Positions 1-8,082 of a DNA stretch of 64,000 nt are shown here, piece after piece (the first letter of the stretch is position 1; each line of letters starts with the position of its first letter). Location: assembly GCA_963668695.2 (NCBI GenBank), contig CAXXLQ010000004.1, positions 480,001 to 544,000 on the forward strand, in the 5' to 3' direction. The DNA is from Vicinamibacteria bacterium (lineage in GTDB: Bacteria; Acidobacteriota; Vicinamibacteria; Marinacidobacterales; Marinacidobacteraceae). The notes under the pieces were generated by a model, which made no database searches, was not told the origin of the DNA, and worked only from the letters and a program-made list of their open reading frames with translations. Both the position numbers and the translations under genes were made by a program.

Positions 1-2
1 CG

Positions 3-362
3 GGCACTCCCTTCCAGTGGCGCCCCATGGCGCCGCTTCCGCTGCTGACCGCGCGGATCCGGTATCTGCAACGCGAGCTGGGCGCTCTCGCCGGGGTCGA
101 AGCGCACTGCAAGTCCCCGCGCATGGAACGCCTCCAGGCGCTCCTGGCCCTGGGCGACCGCCGTCTCGCCCCGGTCATCCTCGCGCTCGCCAACGGACGC
201 GGCCTGAACCGAAGCCTCAAGGATGCCGGACTGTCGCTCGACGCCTACCTCTACCGGCAGCGGGCGCTCGACGAGGAACTCCCCTGGAGTTTCCTCGACA
301 CCGGCATGAAGGACAGCCTGCTCAAGGACCAGCTCGCCAAGGCCGACCAACTCGTCGCGTAG
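3..362 (+). CDS. C-terminal part of a radical SAM protein (TIGR03960/YgiQ-like), truncated by the window edge
   Basis: Open frame from the window start reads GTPFQWRPM...LQALLALGDRR...LPWSFLDTG, typical of the C-terminus of B12-binding radical SAM proteins. Confidence 0.6.
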   Translation, partial: GTPFQWRPMAPLPLLTARIRYLQRELGALAGVEAHCKSPRMERLQALLALGDRRLAPVILALANGRGLNRSLKDAGLSLDAYLYRQRALDEELPWSFLDTGMKDSLLKDQLAKADQLVA

Positions 363-595
363 ACGCGTAGAGCGGTCCGAAACCGGGGCCGTCGTTTACC
401 GATTGGGGGGTACTGACACCCGCGTGTTTTGGGATGGGCCCCGGTTCCGACAGGCGGGCAGCGAACAAGTTCGCTGCCATCTTTTCTCGGCGCTCGGCGC
501 ATTGCCATCGCCCGCCAGAGACCAGCAGAAGCCACATAACGTCACCAACCCTGGCGGCGCGTTCCCAGGCGTCCGCGGCTAAGGGAGGAGGCGAT

Positions 596-862
596 TCAGC
601 GCTGCGGTATCTCGGGCTCCTCGACAGGAGCCGCAGCCGAGGAATCGACGTCGGAAACCGCACTCCGACTCCGCCGTTCGTCACTCAGCTCGCGCATCTC
701 TTTGAGACTCCCCACCCGGGTGATGGTCGTTGTAATCTCGTCCCTGCGAAACGAGGCAGTCGCCACCGCCAAAGAGATAAGCGCGACCGTGATCGCCACC
801 ATCAGCGCGGCGGCAATGAGAAGCCACTTGCCACGGCTCTTGGGAAAAGGCTTCCGGGGCAT
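596..862 (-). CDS. Small hypothetical membrane-anchored protein (88 aa)
   Basis: ATG 14 nt after the pgeF stop; basic N-terminus followed by one hydrophobic helix WLLIAAALMVAITVALISLAVA. Confidence 0.55.
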   Translation of the reverse strand: MPRKPFPKSRGKWLLIAAALMVAITVALISLAVATASFRRDEITTTITRVGSLKEMRELSDERRSRSAVSDVDSSAAAPVEEPEIPQR

Positions 863-875
863 TTCTGCTGCGCCT

Positions 876-1769
876 CTATCCGATCGCGGCGGTCCCGACC
901 TTCGGCCCCTCAACCACCACCACCACCACCACCGACCAGTTCCGTCCCACCCCCGAACCCTCGCGGCGATAGGAGTGAAACGCCGGATGGCACCGGGTGC
1001 AGAGCCCAGTGTCCTCGATCGCCTCCTCCCGCAGTCCCGCGTCGAGGAGCTGGAGGCGGTTCGCGAGCACCAGGTCGAGATGGGGTCTACCGCGTGACAG
1101 ACGGGCCTCCGCATCCGGCCAGAGCGCGATCCGGCCGATGTCGTGCCCGTCTTCGGTGAACGCGGAAACGACTTCGGGACCTACCTCGAAACAGCAGGCA
1201 CGGATGGAGGGGCCGATGACGGCCGCGAGCCGCGAAGGAGGGGCGCCCGCCTCCGCGGCGAGCGCGCGGGCCGCCTTCCCGACAACCCGCACCAGCGTGC
1301 CCCTCCAGCCCGCGTGAACTCCCGCCACCGCGCCGGAGACGGGGTCCGCGAGCAACACCGGAACGCAATCGGCGGCCTTGATGGCGACGCCGGTGTTGGC
1401 GGAGCAGGCGATCAGCGCATCCCCCGGAGGTGGAGTCGGGTACCGCGCCTGATCGGCCGCTACCTGCACGCGGTCCCCGTGCACCTGCCGCAGGGAATGG
1501 AGGACATGCGCACCGGTGGCGTGTTCAAGGAGTTCCAAATCTCTATCGGCCTGGTCCCGGACTCCGAGAAACGGGGCGTCCGGCTGCCGGTTCCGTACTC
1601 GGCAGGTGAAGCCGTGGAGGGCGGGGAAGCGCGCGGAGACGAGCGCTTCGATCGGCTCTCCCGAAGTGGACGCGTTCGCGGCGCCGGACCCGAACTCCTG
1701 CCAACGGAAGCCGTCCGGAGGATCGGGAAGAGTGAACCGCGCCGGCAGGGCGTCTGCGTCAGACGTCAT
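876..1769 (-). CDS. pgeF: PgeF/YfiH peptidoglycan editing factor (laccase-domain purine nucleoside phosphorylase)
   Basis: Motifs QVHG, ADCVP, HAGWRG, IGPSI..CCFEVG, LCT, SYRR; downstream of ftsZ as in many dcw clusters. Confidence 0.9.
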   Translation of the reverse strand: MTSDADALPARFTLPDPPDGFRWQEFGSGAANASTSGEPIEALVSARFPALHGFTCRVRNRQPDAPFLGVRDQADRDLELLEHATGAHVLHSLRQVHGDRVQVAADQARYPTPPPGDALIACSANTGVAIKAADCVPVLLADPVSGAVAGVHAGWRGTLVRVVGKAARALAAEAGAPPSRLAAVIGPSIRACCFEVGPEVVSAFTEDGHDIGRIALWPDAEARLSRGRPHLDLVLANRLQLLDAGLREEAIEDTGLCTRCHPAFHSYRREGSGVGRNWSVVVVVVVEGPKVGTAAIG

Positions 1770-1882
1770 GTTGTCGAGCGCCGAGCTGGATGGCGGCAGG
1801 CACGTCCGTCATTGCGGGGAACACGGGCGGGAGGGCCATCCGTACGATCCAGGCCATGTCTCTCGCCCGCCTCCGGCGGGCT

Positions 1883-2030
1883 GTGCCGGTCTGGAGGCCC
1901 CCACCGGGAGGACTGGCCGGCGTTCCCTCCCGGCGGCACCACGGGGATGTTGAGCAGTGCGCAGTCTCGCTGCGCTTCGCGCAGCGGTGCCGGCCCCCGC
2001 CGGGAGAACTGGCCAGAGGTTGGCGTTCCC
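1883..2030. repeat. Two REP-like (family B) hairpin repeats, each carrying a 19-bp micro-insertion
   Basis: GTGCCGGTCTGGAGG[CCCCCACCGGGAGGACTGG]CCGGCGTTCCC and GTGCCGG[CCCCCGCCGGGAGAACTGG]CCAGAGGTTGGCGTTCCC. Confidence 0.75.
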
Positions 2031-2119
2031 CGGCCTGAATCCCGCAAGGGCAGACAGCAACGCGCCGTTCCGCGGCCCTGCGGGCCGCGGGTGCCGACCG
2101 GAGGTCTATACCCTTCGGA

Positions 2120-2335
2120 CTTCGTTTTCTGGGCCCTCCGGTGTGAGAGGCACCGAAGGGCCCTACTTCACCAACCTGTTAGCCGATCCGCCGGGAGCAA
2201 CCAACCGGAGGCATGTGTTTCGAACACCTACGCCGGACTGTGCCTCGACGGATCTTGGCCGTGATGGAACGCACGGTAGAAGGGCAGCGCCATCGAGCAG
2301 CCAGTATAGGCCCCAGCGAACATCACGGCGGCTGA
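2120..2335 (+). ncRNA. IS110 bridge RNA: 5' hairpin, target-binding loop and donor-binding loop
   Basis: Hairpin 2131-2163. Stem GATCCG/CGGATC (2185-2254) encloses ACCGGAGG (= left target) and ACGCCGGAC (= revcomp of right target). Stem GCCGTGATG/CATCACGGC (2258-2329) encloses GGTAGAAGG (= element right end) and GTATAGGC (approx. revcomp of element left end). Exact RNA ends are not known. Confidence 0.85.
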
Positions 2336-2374
2336 CTTCCCTCGGGGGGCTTCCCTCGGAAGGACAACAGCGCC

Positions 2375-3622
2375 ATGACATCTCCTTTTCTGTTTTTCGT
2401 CGGCATCGATTGGGGCTCGACGACCCACCATGGATGCCTGCTGGAGGCGAACGGTTCGGTTCGCGGCAGCCGGGCCTTTCCCCACGGCGGCGCGGGCCAG
2501 GCGGAGCTCGTCCGCTGGCTCCTGGACGAGACCGGGGCCGCCCCCGGGCAGCTCGCGGTCGCCATCGAGACGCCCCACGGGCCGGTCGTCGAGGGCTTGC
2601 TGGTCGCCGGCTTTGCGGTGTTCGCCATCGGTCCCGCCCAGATCCGCGGCTCCCGGCGCCGCTACGTCTCCTCCGGGGCGAAGGACGACCCCCGCGATGC
2701 CTGGATGCTCGCTCGCGCCCTCCGCGCCGACCCCGACCTCTTCCGACGGGTCGAACTCGAGAAGCCTCTCGTCCTCCAACTGCGCGAACGCACCCGGACC
2801 ATCAACGAACTCACCTGCCAGCGCACCCGGCTCTGCCACCAGATCCGCCAGCAGCTCTGGCGCTACTACCCCCAACTGCTCGCGATCCCCGACCTCCTCA
2901 ATCAACTCACCCACCCCTGGTTCCGAGAGCTCTGGAACAAGGCCAAAACCCCCGCACTCGCCCTCAAGCTGCGCGTCTCCACCCTCGCCAAACTCCTCAA
3001 AAAGCACGGCATCCGGCGACTGAACGCCAAAGGCCTGTGGGAGATCCTGCACGCCCCCGCGCTCACCGTCGCCCCCGGAGCCGCCGAGGCCGCCTGCCGC
3101 GCCCTCCAAAGCCTCTTCGCCCAGGCACACACCACCAACCAACTCCTCGCCCAGGCACGAGAAGACGTCCGTGAACTGCTGAAGGCCTTCTCCCAGGCCC
3201 ACCCCGACGACGAACGACCCGACGACATGACCCTCCTCCGCTCCCTCCCCGGTGTCGGGGGCTACGTCCTCAGCACCTTGTTCGCCGAAGCCTTCGACCT
3301 CTTCCAACGCCGCGACTACCCCGCCCTCCGCGCCCGCTCCGGAGTCGCCCCCGTCAGCATCCAGTCCGGCAATACCCGCTGGGAGATCCGCCGCCTCGCC
3401 GTCCAGCACGAACTCCGCAACGCTCTCTACCACTGGGCCCGCGTCGCCGCCGTCCACGATCCCCTCAGCAAAGCCCGCTACCGCGCCCTCCGCGCCCGCG
3501 GCCACTCCCACGGACGCGCCCTCCGCACCGTCGGCGACCGGCTCCTCGCCGTCGCCTGCGCCATGCTCAAAAACGGAACCCTCTACGACCCGAAGCTCTC
3601 CCGAGACAAGCTCGCCGCCTGA
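2375..3622 (+). CDS. IS110-family transposase / bridge recombinase
   Basis: N-terminal FVGIDWG, AIETP, KDDPRDA (DEDD RuvC-like fold); C-terminal SLPGVG and PVSIQSG catalytic-Ser region; GGAAGGA RBS. Confidence 0.95.
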   Translation: MTSPFLFFVGIDWGSTTHHGCLLEANGSVRGSRAFPHGGAGQAELVRWLLDETGAAPGQLAVAIETPHGPVVEGLLVAGFAVFAIGPAQIRGSRRRYVSSGAKDDPRDAWMLARALRADPDLFRRVELEKPLVLQLRERTRTINELTCQRTRLCHQIRQQLWRYYPQLLAIPDLLNQLTHPWFRELWNKAKTPALALKLRVSTLAKLLKKHGIRRLNAKGLWEILHAPALTVAPGAAEAACRALQSLFAQAHTTNQLLAQAREDVRELLKAFSQAHPDDERPDDMTLLRSLPGVGGYVLSTLFAEAFDLFQRRDYPALRARSGVAPVSIQSGNTRWEIRRLAVQHELRNALYHWARVAAVHDPLSKARYRALRARGHSHGRALRTVGDRLLAVACAMLKNGTLYDPKLSRDKLAA

Positions 3623-3861
3623 GCAACTCCTCCAAAGAAAAAAGGATCTTCAAGGTGAGCCGGTGGGAAGTGTGGGAAACGCGCCCCTCTCCGCCGCGGC
3701 CGGCGAACAACCGCCGCCGTGGTGCCGCGTTTTCCAAGTCCTGGGGAAATCGCTTCCCGCCCCGCCGGCCCCCGAAGCCCAAACCCACCTCCCATCCCGA
3801 TTTCCCCGGGACGGCACTTTCCACCGGATACCGAGCACCCGCCCGCAGCCCTCCTTCCCCC

Positions 3862-3867
3862 TTGACA
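3862..3867 (+). promoter_or_regulatory. Outward-facing -35 box at the IS110 right end (half of the circle-junction promoter)
   Basis: TTGACA 15 nt before the junction; after right-end/left-end joining it lies 17 nt from TACCCT (2109-2114). Confidence 0.75.
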
Positions 3868-3941
3868 AAAAGGTAGAAGGTCCGGCGTTCCCTGACCTTC
3901 GCGCCACGGTGCCGGCTGGAGGCGGGCGGTCCCTTGCCCCC

Positions 3942-5669
3942 CTACCGCCGGCGGTGGAGGTAGGCAGGCGTATCGAGGTCGCCCCACCGGTCGTCTCCCA
4001 CATGCCCGGGGAGGGACATGGGCTCATCGATTACCAGCCGTGAGCTGCCGGCGCCCGGAGCACTCGCGGCACTTTCCTGGCCCGCCCCGGGGTCGCTTCC
4101 CATCGCTTCCGCGCGGTCGGTCCCGGAAGCGGCGATGGTGGGACGGGTCCCGAGTTTCGGGATGGTCCGGCCGACTCTCACGGTAGCGGCCGCATCGGCC
4201 TGGGCCACCGGCCCGGACCGGCCGGACGCGGGGGTCGCTCCCCGGGCTCCAAACGTACCGGTCGCGCGGTTCGTGAAGCGGGCGAAGTCGTGAGGGGTCG
4301 CTCCCGCTCGGCTTCGGTCGGGGAAGCCGGTGGCAACCACCGTAACCTTGATCTCGCCCGTCTTGTCCATCGCCGGGTCGAGTGCGGTCCCGATCAGGAC
4401 GTTGTCTCCCGGTTCCGCGTCCGCGGATCCGTAGATTCCCGTCGCTTCGGGAGCCACCGCGTCGCGGACGACCTCAACGGCGCGCTGGACCTCGTTCAGC
4501 GTGAGGCTCTCACCGCCCGTTACGTTGACGATGATGCTCGACGCTCCCTTGATCGAGGTGTCCTCGAGCAACGGCGAAGAAATCGCCGCTTCGGTCGCTT
4601 CCTCGACGCGATTGTCGCCCGAGGCCTGTCCAATGCCCATCACGGCGTCGCCGCGGAGCCGCATGGCGGAACGAACGTCGGCAAAGTCCAGGTTGATCTC
4701 TCCCGGCACCTGGATCAGGTCGGAAATTCCCTGAACGGCCTGGCGCACCACATCGTCGGCACACCGGAACGCGTCCCGGATCTTGAGGTTCCCGTACACC
4801 TCCACGACCCGGTCGTTCGGGACGCAGATGAGGGTATCCACAAACTCGCGGAGTTCCCGGATCCCGTCGTTGGCGGTCGTCTTCCGGCGCCTGCCCTCGA
4901 CGGTCATCGGCTTGGTCGCCACCGCGACGCAGAGGGCCTTGATTTCCTGGACCACGCAGGCGATCACCGGCGCCGCGCCGGTGCCGGTGCCACCTCCCTC
5001 ACCCACGGTGATGAAGACCATGTCGGCGCCCGCCAGCGCGTCGATGAGCAGGTTGATGTCGTCGCGCGCCGCCGACCTGCCGACTTCCGGATCGCCGCCG
5101 CAGCCGAGCCCGCCGGTGCGCTCGCTTCCCAATTGAATCTTCACCGGGGCCTTTGACAGTTCGAGAACCTGAGCGTCGGTGTTCGCGGCAATGAACTCCA
5201 CTCCGGTCACCCCGGCCTCGATCATCCGGTTGACAGCGTTGCCACCGCCGCCGCCGACGCCAATGACCTTGATGACGGCCCGTCTTTCCTGCACGTCGTC
5301 GGGAGCCGCCGAGGGCGGTTCCGCCGTCACGGCGGGCGGGGCGCCGGTCGTGGACTCGACTTCCTCCGCTTCAGCCGGTGGCTTCGTGTTCGTGGCGGCC
5401 GGCTCCTCCACCGCCACGGATCGTTCGGCACGCTCCCAAGGCGCGGCTTCCGGCGTCGCCGCCTCCGGTGTCACCGCCTCCTCCGGGTCCGCAGACTCGT
5501 CCTTGGGGGCAGCGCCCGCGCTGGCAAAGAGCGCCGGCTGGACGGCGGGCGGGGACGCCGCGGCGGCCTCCGGCCGCGAGTCCTCGGGCGGCGAGGACTT
5601 CTCCGTTTTCGGGATCCCGGCTTCGGGATCGCTGGCCTTGGGCGTCGTTTCTTCGGCGAAGAAGATCAT
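3942..5669 (-). CDS. ftsZ: Cell division protein FtsZ with long low-complexity N-terminal extension
   Basis: IKVIGVGGGGGNAVNRM, GGGTGTG tubulin signature, INLDFAD, C-terminal LDTPAYLHR; AAGGAG RBS before ATG 5669. Confidence 0.95.
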   Translation of the reverse strand: MIFFAEETTPKASDPEAGIPKTEKSSPPEDSRPEAAAASPPAVQPALFASAGAAPKDESADPEEAVTPEAATPEAAPWERAERSVAVEEPAATNTKPPAEAEEVESTTGAPPAVTAEPPSAAPDDVQERRAVIKVIGVGGGGGNAVNRMIEAGVTGVEFIAANTDAQVLELSKAPVKIQLGSERTGGLGCGGDPEVGRSAARDDINLLIDALAGADMVFITVGEGGGTGTGAAPVIACVVQEIKALCVAVATKPMTVEGRRRKTTANDGIRELREFVDTLICVPNDRVVEVYGNLKIRDAFRCADDVVRQAVQGISDLIQVPGEINLDFADVRSAMRLRGDAVMGIGQASGDNRVEEATEAAISSPLLEDTSIKGASSIIVNVTGGESLTLNEVQRAVEVVRDAVAPEATGIYGSADAEPGDNVLIGTALDPAMDKTGEIKVTVVATGFPDRSRAGATPHDFARFTNRATGTFGARGATPASGRSGPVAQADAAATVRVGRTIPKLGTRPTIAASGTDRAEAMGSDPGAGQESAASAPGAGSSRLVIDEPMSLPGHVGDDRWGDLDTPAYLHRRR

Positions 5670-5709
5670 GGATTCGCTCCTTGTTCTTGGGGTGGCTGCA
5701 GGGCGCCCC

Positions 5710-5896
5710 GTAGCAGTTCGTGGATAGAGTGACGTGAGCACCGAGATCGGCGAGGCGCCTGGCTGACAAGGCGCGCGAGGGAGGAATACCCGGTGTATTT
5801 CGACCGACGCGCAACGATGAGCGACGCGAAGCGGTGCTGTTCAGCCAGGATGCATCGCCGGTCGAATGCCGCGTGACTCTGTTCACGGGCTGCTTC
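5710..5896. mobile_element. MITE family A copy (187 bp) between ftsA and ftsZ
   Basis: Imperfect TIRs CAGTTCGTGG...TCACGGGCTG; conserved core GGCTGACAAGGCGCGCGAGGGAGGAATACC..GTGTATTTCGACCGA. Confidence 0.85.
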
Positions 5897-5913
5897 AGGG
5901 GCTGGGAAAGTGT

Positions 5914-7176
5914 TCATTGCGCCTTCTTGAGGACCCGCCTCAGGCCGTCGCCGATCGCGCGGCGAAGGGAACGGGTCGCGGGGGTTCGCTGGCGCTGGAC
6001 CAGGCCGTAGCGGCAAAGACCCATGGCGCAGGCGAAGTGGGGGCGCGTCGCCAGATCGCGCCGCCCGGTCAACTCCCGGGGACCACGGCTCTCGACGTCG
6101 GCGCCAAATACCAACCGGGCGACGTCGCTCAGCCCGTCGAGGTTGGCTCCCCCTCCGGTGAGCACCAAGCTACCCGGGATCTCCCGAAGCACGCGGCGCA
6201 ACTGGTCGCGGATCTTGGTGAAATCGCTCTCCGCGCGCCGCTGCAGGACATCGGCGAGCAGCCGGCGGCGCCACTGCTTGGGGTAGCCGCCACCCGAAAC
6301 CCGAATTTCGAAGTAGTCGTCTTCCGGAACCTTGTCCACGAGGGCAACCCCGTAGCGGCGCTTCGCGTGCTCGGCGTGGGCATGGGACGTCTTCAATCCG
6401 TAGGCAAGATCGCGCGTGTAGGCTCGCCCGCCACTCGGCATCAGGTCCGAATGCCACAGCGCGCCGCGCCGGAACACCGCGATGTCGGTGGTCATGGCTC
6501 CGATGTCCAGGAGGACGACCCCTCCCTGCCGTTCTTCCTCGTCCAGGACCGCGTAGCCGGTCGCGAGCGGGGCGGCCACCAGGCGCTCGACCCGGATACC
6601 GGCCCCATTCACCGCCTCTTCGAGGTTGCGCAACGTGAGGCGCGGGCAACTGACCAGATGGACGTAGGACTCGATCTTCTCCCCGGTCCAGCCCGTCGGA
6701 TCGTCGGTGGGATCGAGGTCGTCCACCCAGAACTCCTGGGGCAACGCGTGCAGAAGTTCGTACGGTGGGCGAAGCCAGGCCGTGCCGCCGTCCCGGGGCA
6801 CCGCCGCCATGACGGCCCGGTACACGTCGGACTCGCCGATCCGGCGGCGCGGCTCCAGGATGGAAATCGCGCCGGACGAGTTGATGCTGCGACGGGTCCT
6901 GCTGCCCACTGAGACGAAGGCCGACCCGACTTCCACACCTGCGGTCTGTTCGACCTCCTCGACCGCCTGACGCACGGCTTCGGTGACCCCTCCCTGCCGC
7001 ACGACTTCCCCGTACTGGACGGAATTCCGTGACTCCGCCTGCCCGACCGCCAATACCTCGAGCTGCGTAGCCTCCTCCGTCCCGGAGGGGTTGTCGGGCA
7101 CGCGGGCGAGCACGGTCCGCACGTGATCGGATCCGATATCGATGCCGCAGAGCAGATCCGTTGTCCTCGTCGTCAC
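5914..7176 (-). CDS. ftsA: Cell division protein FtsA
   Basis: GIDIGS, LLDIGAMTTDIAVF, VLTGGGANL actin-fold motifs; dcw position. Confidence 0.93.
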   Translation of the reverse strand: MTTRTTDLLCGIDIGSDHVRTVLARVPDNPSGTEEATQLEVLAVGQAESRNSVQYGEVVRQGGVTEAVRQAVEEVEQTAGVEVGSAFVSVGSRTRRSINSSGAISILEPRRRIGESDVYRAVMAAVPRDGGTAWLRPPYELLHALPQEFWVDDLDPTDDPTGWTGEKIESYVHLVSCPRLTLRNLEEAVNGAGIRVERLVAAPLATGYAVLDEEERQGGVVLLDIGAMTTDIAVFRRGALWHSDLMPSGGRAYTRDLAYGLKTSHAHAEHAKRRYGVALVDKVPEDDYFEIRVSGGGYPKQWRRRLLADVLQRRAESDFTKIRDQLRRVLREIPGSLVLTGGGANLDGLSDVARLVFGADVESRGPRELTGRRDLATRPHFACAMGLCRYGLVQRQRTPATRSLRRAIGDGLRRVLKKAQ

Positions 7177-8057
7177 GTCTGTCCTCCAACAGGATGGGCC
7201 GGTTGCTGCGGGGCGGCGTCCAGCGGGCCGGTGCGGAGGAGAAACCGATCCGGGACCCGGGCGTCAACCCGTGAAATCCCCGGCCAGCGCTCGACCAGAT
7301 CCGGCAGGAGCCCGGCTGTTCGCTCCAGGCCTTCCAAAAAGCCCCGTTCTGTCAACAGGACGGGTAGCGCCGGGGATCTGAAGACCACCCGCAGCCGGTA
7401 TGGACCGTCACTCACGTCCAGTTCCGAGACCAGGCGGTCCAGCTCGGGCCGGCGCGAAAGCGCCGCCGCCAGCCGGCCGGCCAACGAGGCGCGCGCGGCG
7501 AAGTCGCGGTGGCTCCGGTCCGCCCCGCGGACGAGCACCAGATCGGCCGCACCCGCCCAGGCCAGGTCGGCAACCGTTGCCGGTCCGAGGACCGTCCCGT
7601 CCTCGGCGAGGGCTGCGGGCGGCTCCCAGTCGAGGAGAGCCACGGCCCGTTTCTCCTCGATGTCCACCAGGACCCCTCCCGTCAGCGCCCGCTCCACGGA
7701 CACCTTCTTCGGGACTCCGGTTGCGAGGAGGCGCTCCCGGATCGCGGCCGCGTCCGCGAGCAGGCCGCCCGTTCCCAGAACCTCGGGGTCGAAGAGGGCG
7801 TTCAGATGCCCTGCCCCCCGGATCCGCAGTTCGGCCGGGGCCCTCTCGGAGACCGGACTGGCGCCTTCGACAGCCGTCAGCCGACCGACCGCGACACCGA
7901 CGGCAAGCGCGAGCCCGATGGATCCGACGGCAATGCGAAGGGCGAGTCGGGGCAGCGGGGTCCGCGGCGCGGGCGGGGCAACGAGCCGGCGTTCGGGATC
8001 CGCCGCGCGTGGACGGGCGCCGGCATCGGTCCGCGGCGGGAGCTCGACGGGCAACAT
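7173..8057 (-). CDS. ftsQ: Cell division protein FtsQ/DivIB (divergent)
   Basis: Single TM helix, then POTRA-like VSVERALTGGVLVDIEEKRAVA and C-terminal RVDARVPDRF; between murC and ftsA; start uncertain. Confidence 0.7.
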   Translation of the reverse strand: MLPVELPPRTDAGARPRAADPERRLVAPPAPRTPLPRLALRIAVGSIGLALAVGVAVGRLTAVEGASPVSERAPAELRIRGAGHLNALFDPEVLGTGGLLADAAAIRERLLATGVPKKVSVERALTGGVLVDIEEKRAVALLDWEPPAALAEDGTVLGPATVADLAWAGAADLVLVRGADRSHRDFAARASLAGRLAAALSRRPELDRLVSELDVSDGPYRLRVVFRSPALPVLLTERGFLEGLERTAGLLPDLVERWPGISRVDARVPDRFLLRTGPLDAAPQQPAHPVGGQT

Positions 8058-8082
8058 GCCCTGGCGGCCACTGCCTCTTCCG

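Larger units (their letters stand above)
2102..3882 (+). mobile_element. Complete IS110-family insertion sequence inserted in a REP-like repeat
   Basis: DEDD recombinase ORF, no terminal inverted repeats, AGGTC at both junctions (2102-2106, 3878-3882); joining the flanks rebuilds a REP copy resembling those at 61721-61780 and 22141-22200. Confidence 0.9.

Noticed and set aside
702-1097. ORF with HHHHHHH or WWWWW runs
   Set aside because: Alternative readings of the (CAC)n tract that encodes poly-Val in pgeF.
2228-3511. 427-aa minus-strand ORF and 405-aa alternative-frame ORF over the IS110 transposase
   Set aside because: Shadow frames caused by the strongly C-ending codons of the transposase; no motifs.
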